From an uncultured Chloroflexia bacterium (GTDB lineage Bacteria > Chloroflexota > Anaerolineae > Anaerolineales > Anaerolineaceae): a stretch of 32,000 nucleotides of DNA. Below, piece after piece: positions 31,795-32,000 of this stretch. The stretch spans positions 960,001-992,000 of the forward strand of contig OY969938.1 in NCBI GenBank assembly GCA_963704755.1, in the 5' to 3' direction. The notes beneath the pieces are model-generated. The model saw nothing but the letters and a program-made list of their open reading frames with translations. It did no database searches and was not told the DNA's origin. The translations under genes were made by a program, and so were the position numbers. Each line of letters starts with the position of its first letter. Position 1 is the first letter of the stretch.

Positions 31795-32000
31795 CCAGCC
31801 TGGGCAGTTTTATCGCCAGGTTTGGGGCGCTCTTTGGCTTGTTGATCCTGGTTGTATTTTTATCGATCAGTTCCAAGGTTTTCCTCACCTCGGATAACCT
31901 TTCCAACATTGTCCGCCAGGCAACTGTGAATGCCCTGTTGGCTGCCGGGATGTTGCTGACCATCATCACGGCCGGCATCGACCTGTCGGTTGGCTCGATC
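31734..32000 (+). CDS. Sugar ABC transporter permease (RbsC-like), 5' part; runs off the window
   Basis: Not in the track because it is open-ended. MARIQATMDDVKSRLPFSG...FLTSDNLSNIVRQATVNALLAAGMLLTIITAGIDLSVGSI matches the conserved N-terminal region of ribose-type permeases. Start could instead be ATG 31755. Confidence 0.8.
   Translation, partial: MARIQATMDDVKSRLPFSGIASLGSFIARFGALFGLLILVVFLSISSKVFLTSDNLSNIVRQATVNALLAAGMLLTIITAGIDLSVGSI

Overview
High-GC (about 60-70% in hand-counted 60-nt lines) bacterial chromosomal segment. Every call below comes from reading the sequence and recalling motifs; no search was run. Most genes are housekeeping or metabolic: coaBC, a metallophosphoesterase, a DUF4349 lipoprotein, a DUF1801 protein, a GH36 alpha-galactosidase, an alpha/beta-hydrolase esterase, dcd, fused ftcD, an SRAP (YedK-like) peptidase, hisD, a complete LysW-carrier cluster lysW-X-Y-Z-J-K (lysW is a 56-aa ORF missing from the track), two membrane proteins, a GT39 glycosyltransferase, an OmpR/histidine-kinase pair, a LacI regulator and a sugar ABC transporter. 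The outlier is a ~4.8-kb low-GC insert (about 35-42% GC in sampled lines) at ~24.04-28.86 kb. Its only ORFs of 60 aa or more are a small XRE-HTH gene, a classic-clade AAA+ ATPase and a translationally coupled 859-aa signal-peptide-less S8 subtilase. I consider this the best candidate for a poorly understood or novel system: ATPase-protease, defence-like, IetAS-like by architecture. Other observations: (1) two candidate leader-peptide attenuators, a His-rich uORF plus terminator before hisD and an Arg/Lys-rich uORF plus terminator before lysW; (2) at least seven long intergenic hairpin palindromes (17-31 bp arms) with a loosely shared G/T-rich core, two of them in non-terminator positions; (3) a 43-nt repeat in two copies, one at the island edge; (4) paired LacI-type operator palindromes. 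I recognised no rRNA, tRNA, CRISPR array, integrase or transposase. Several ORF-track starts appear over-extended and are corrected in the feature list.
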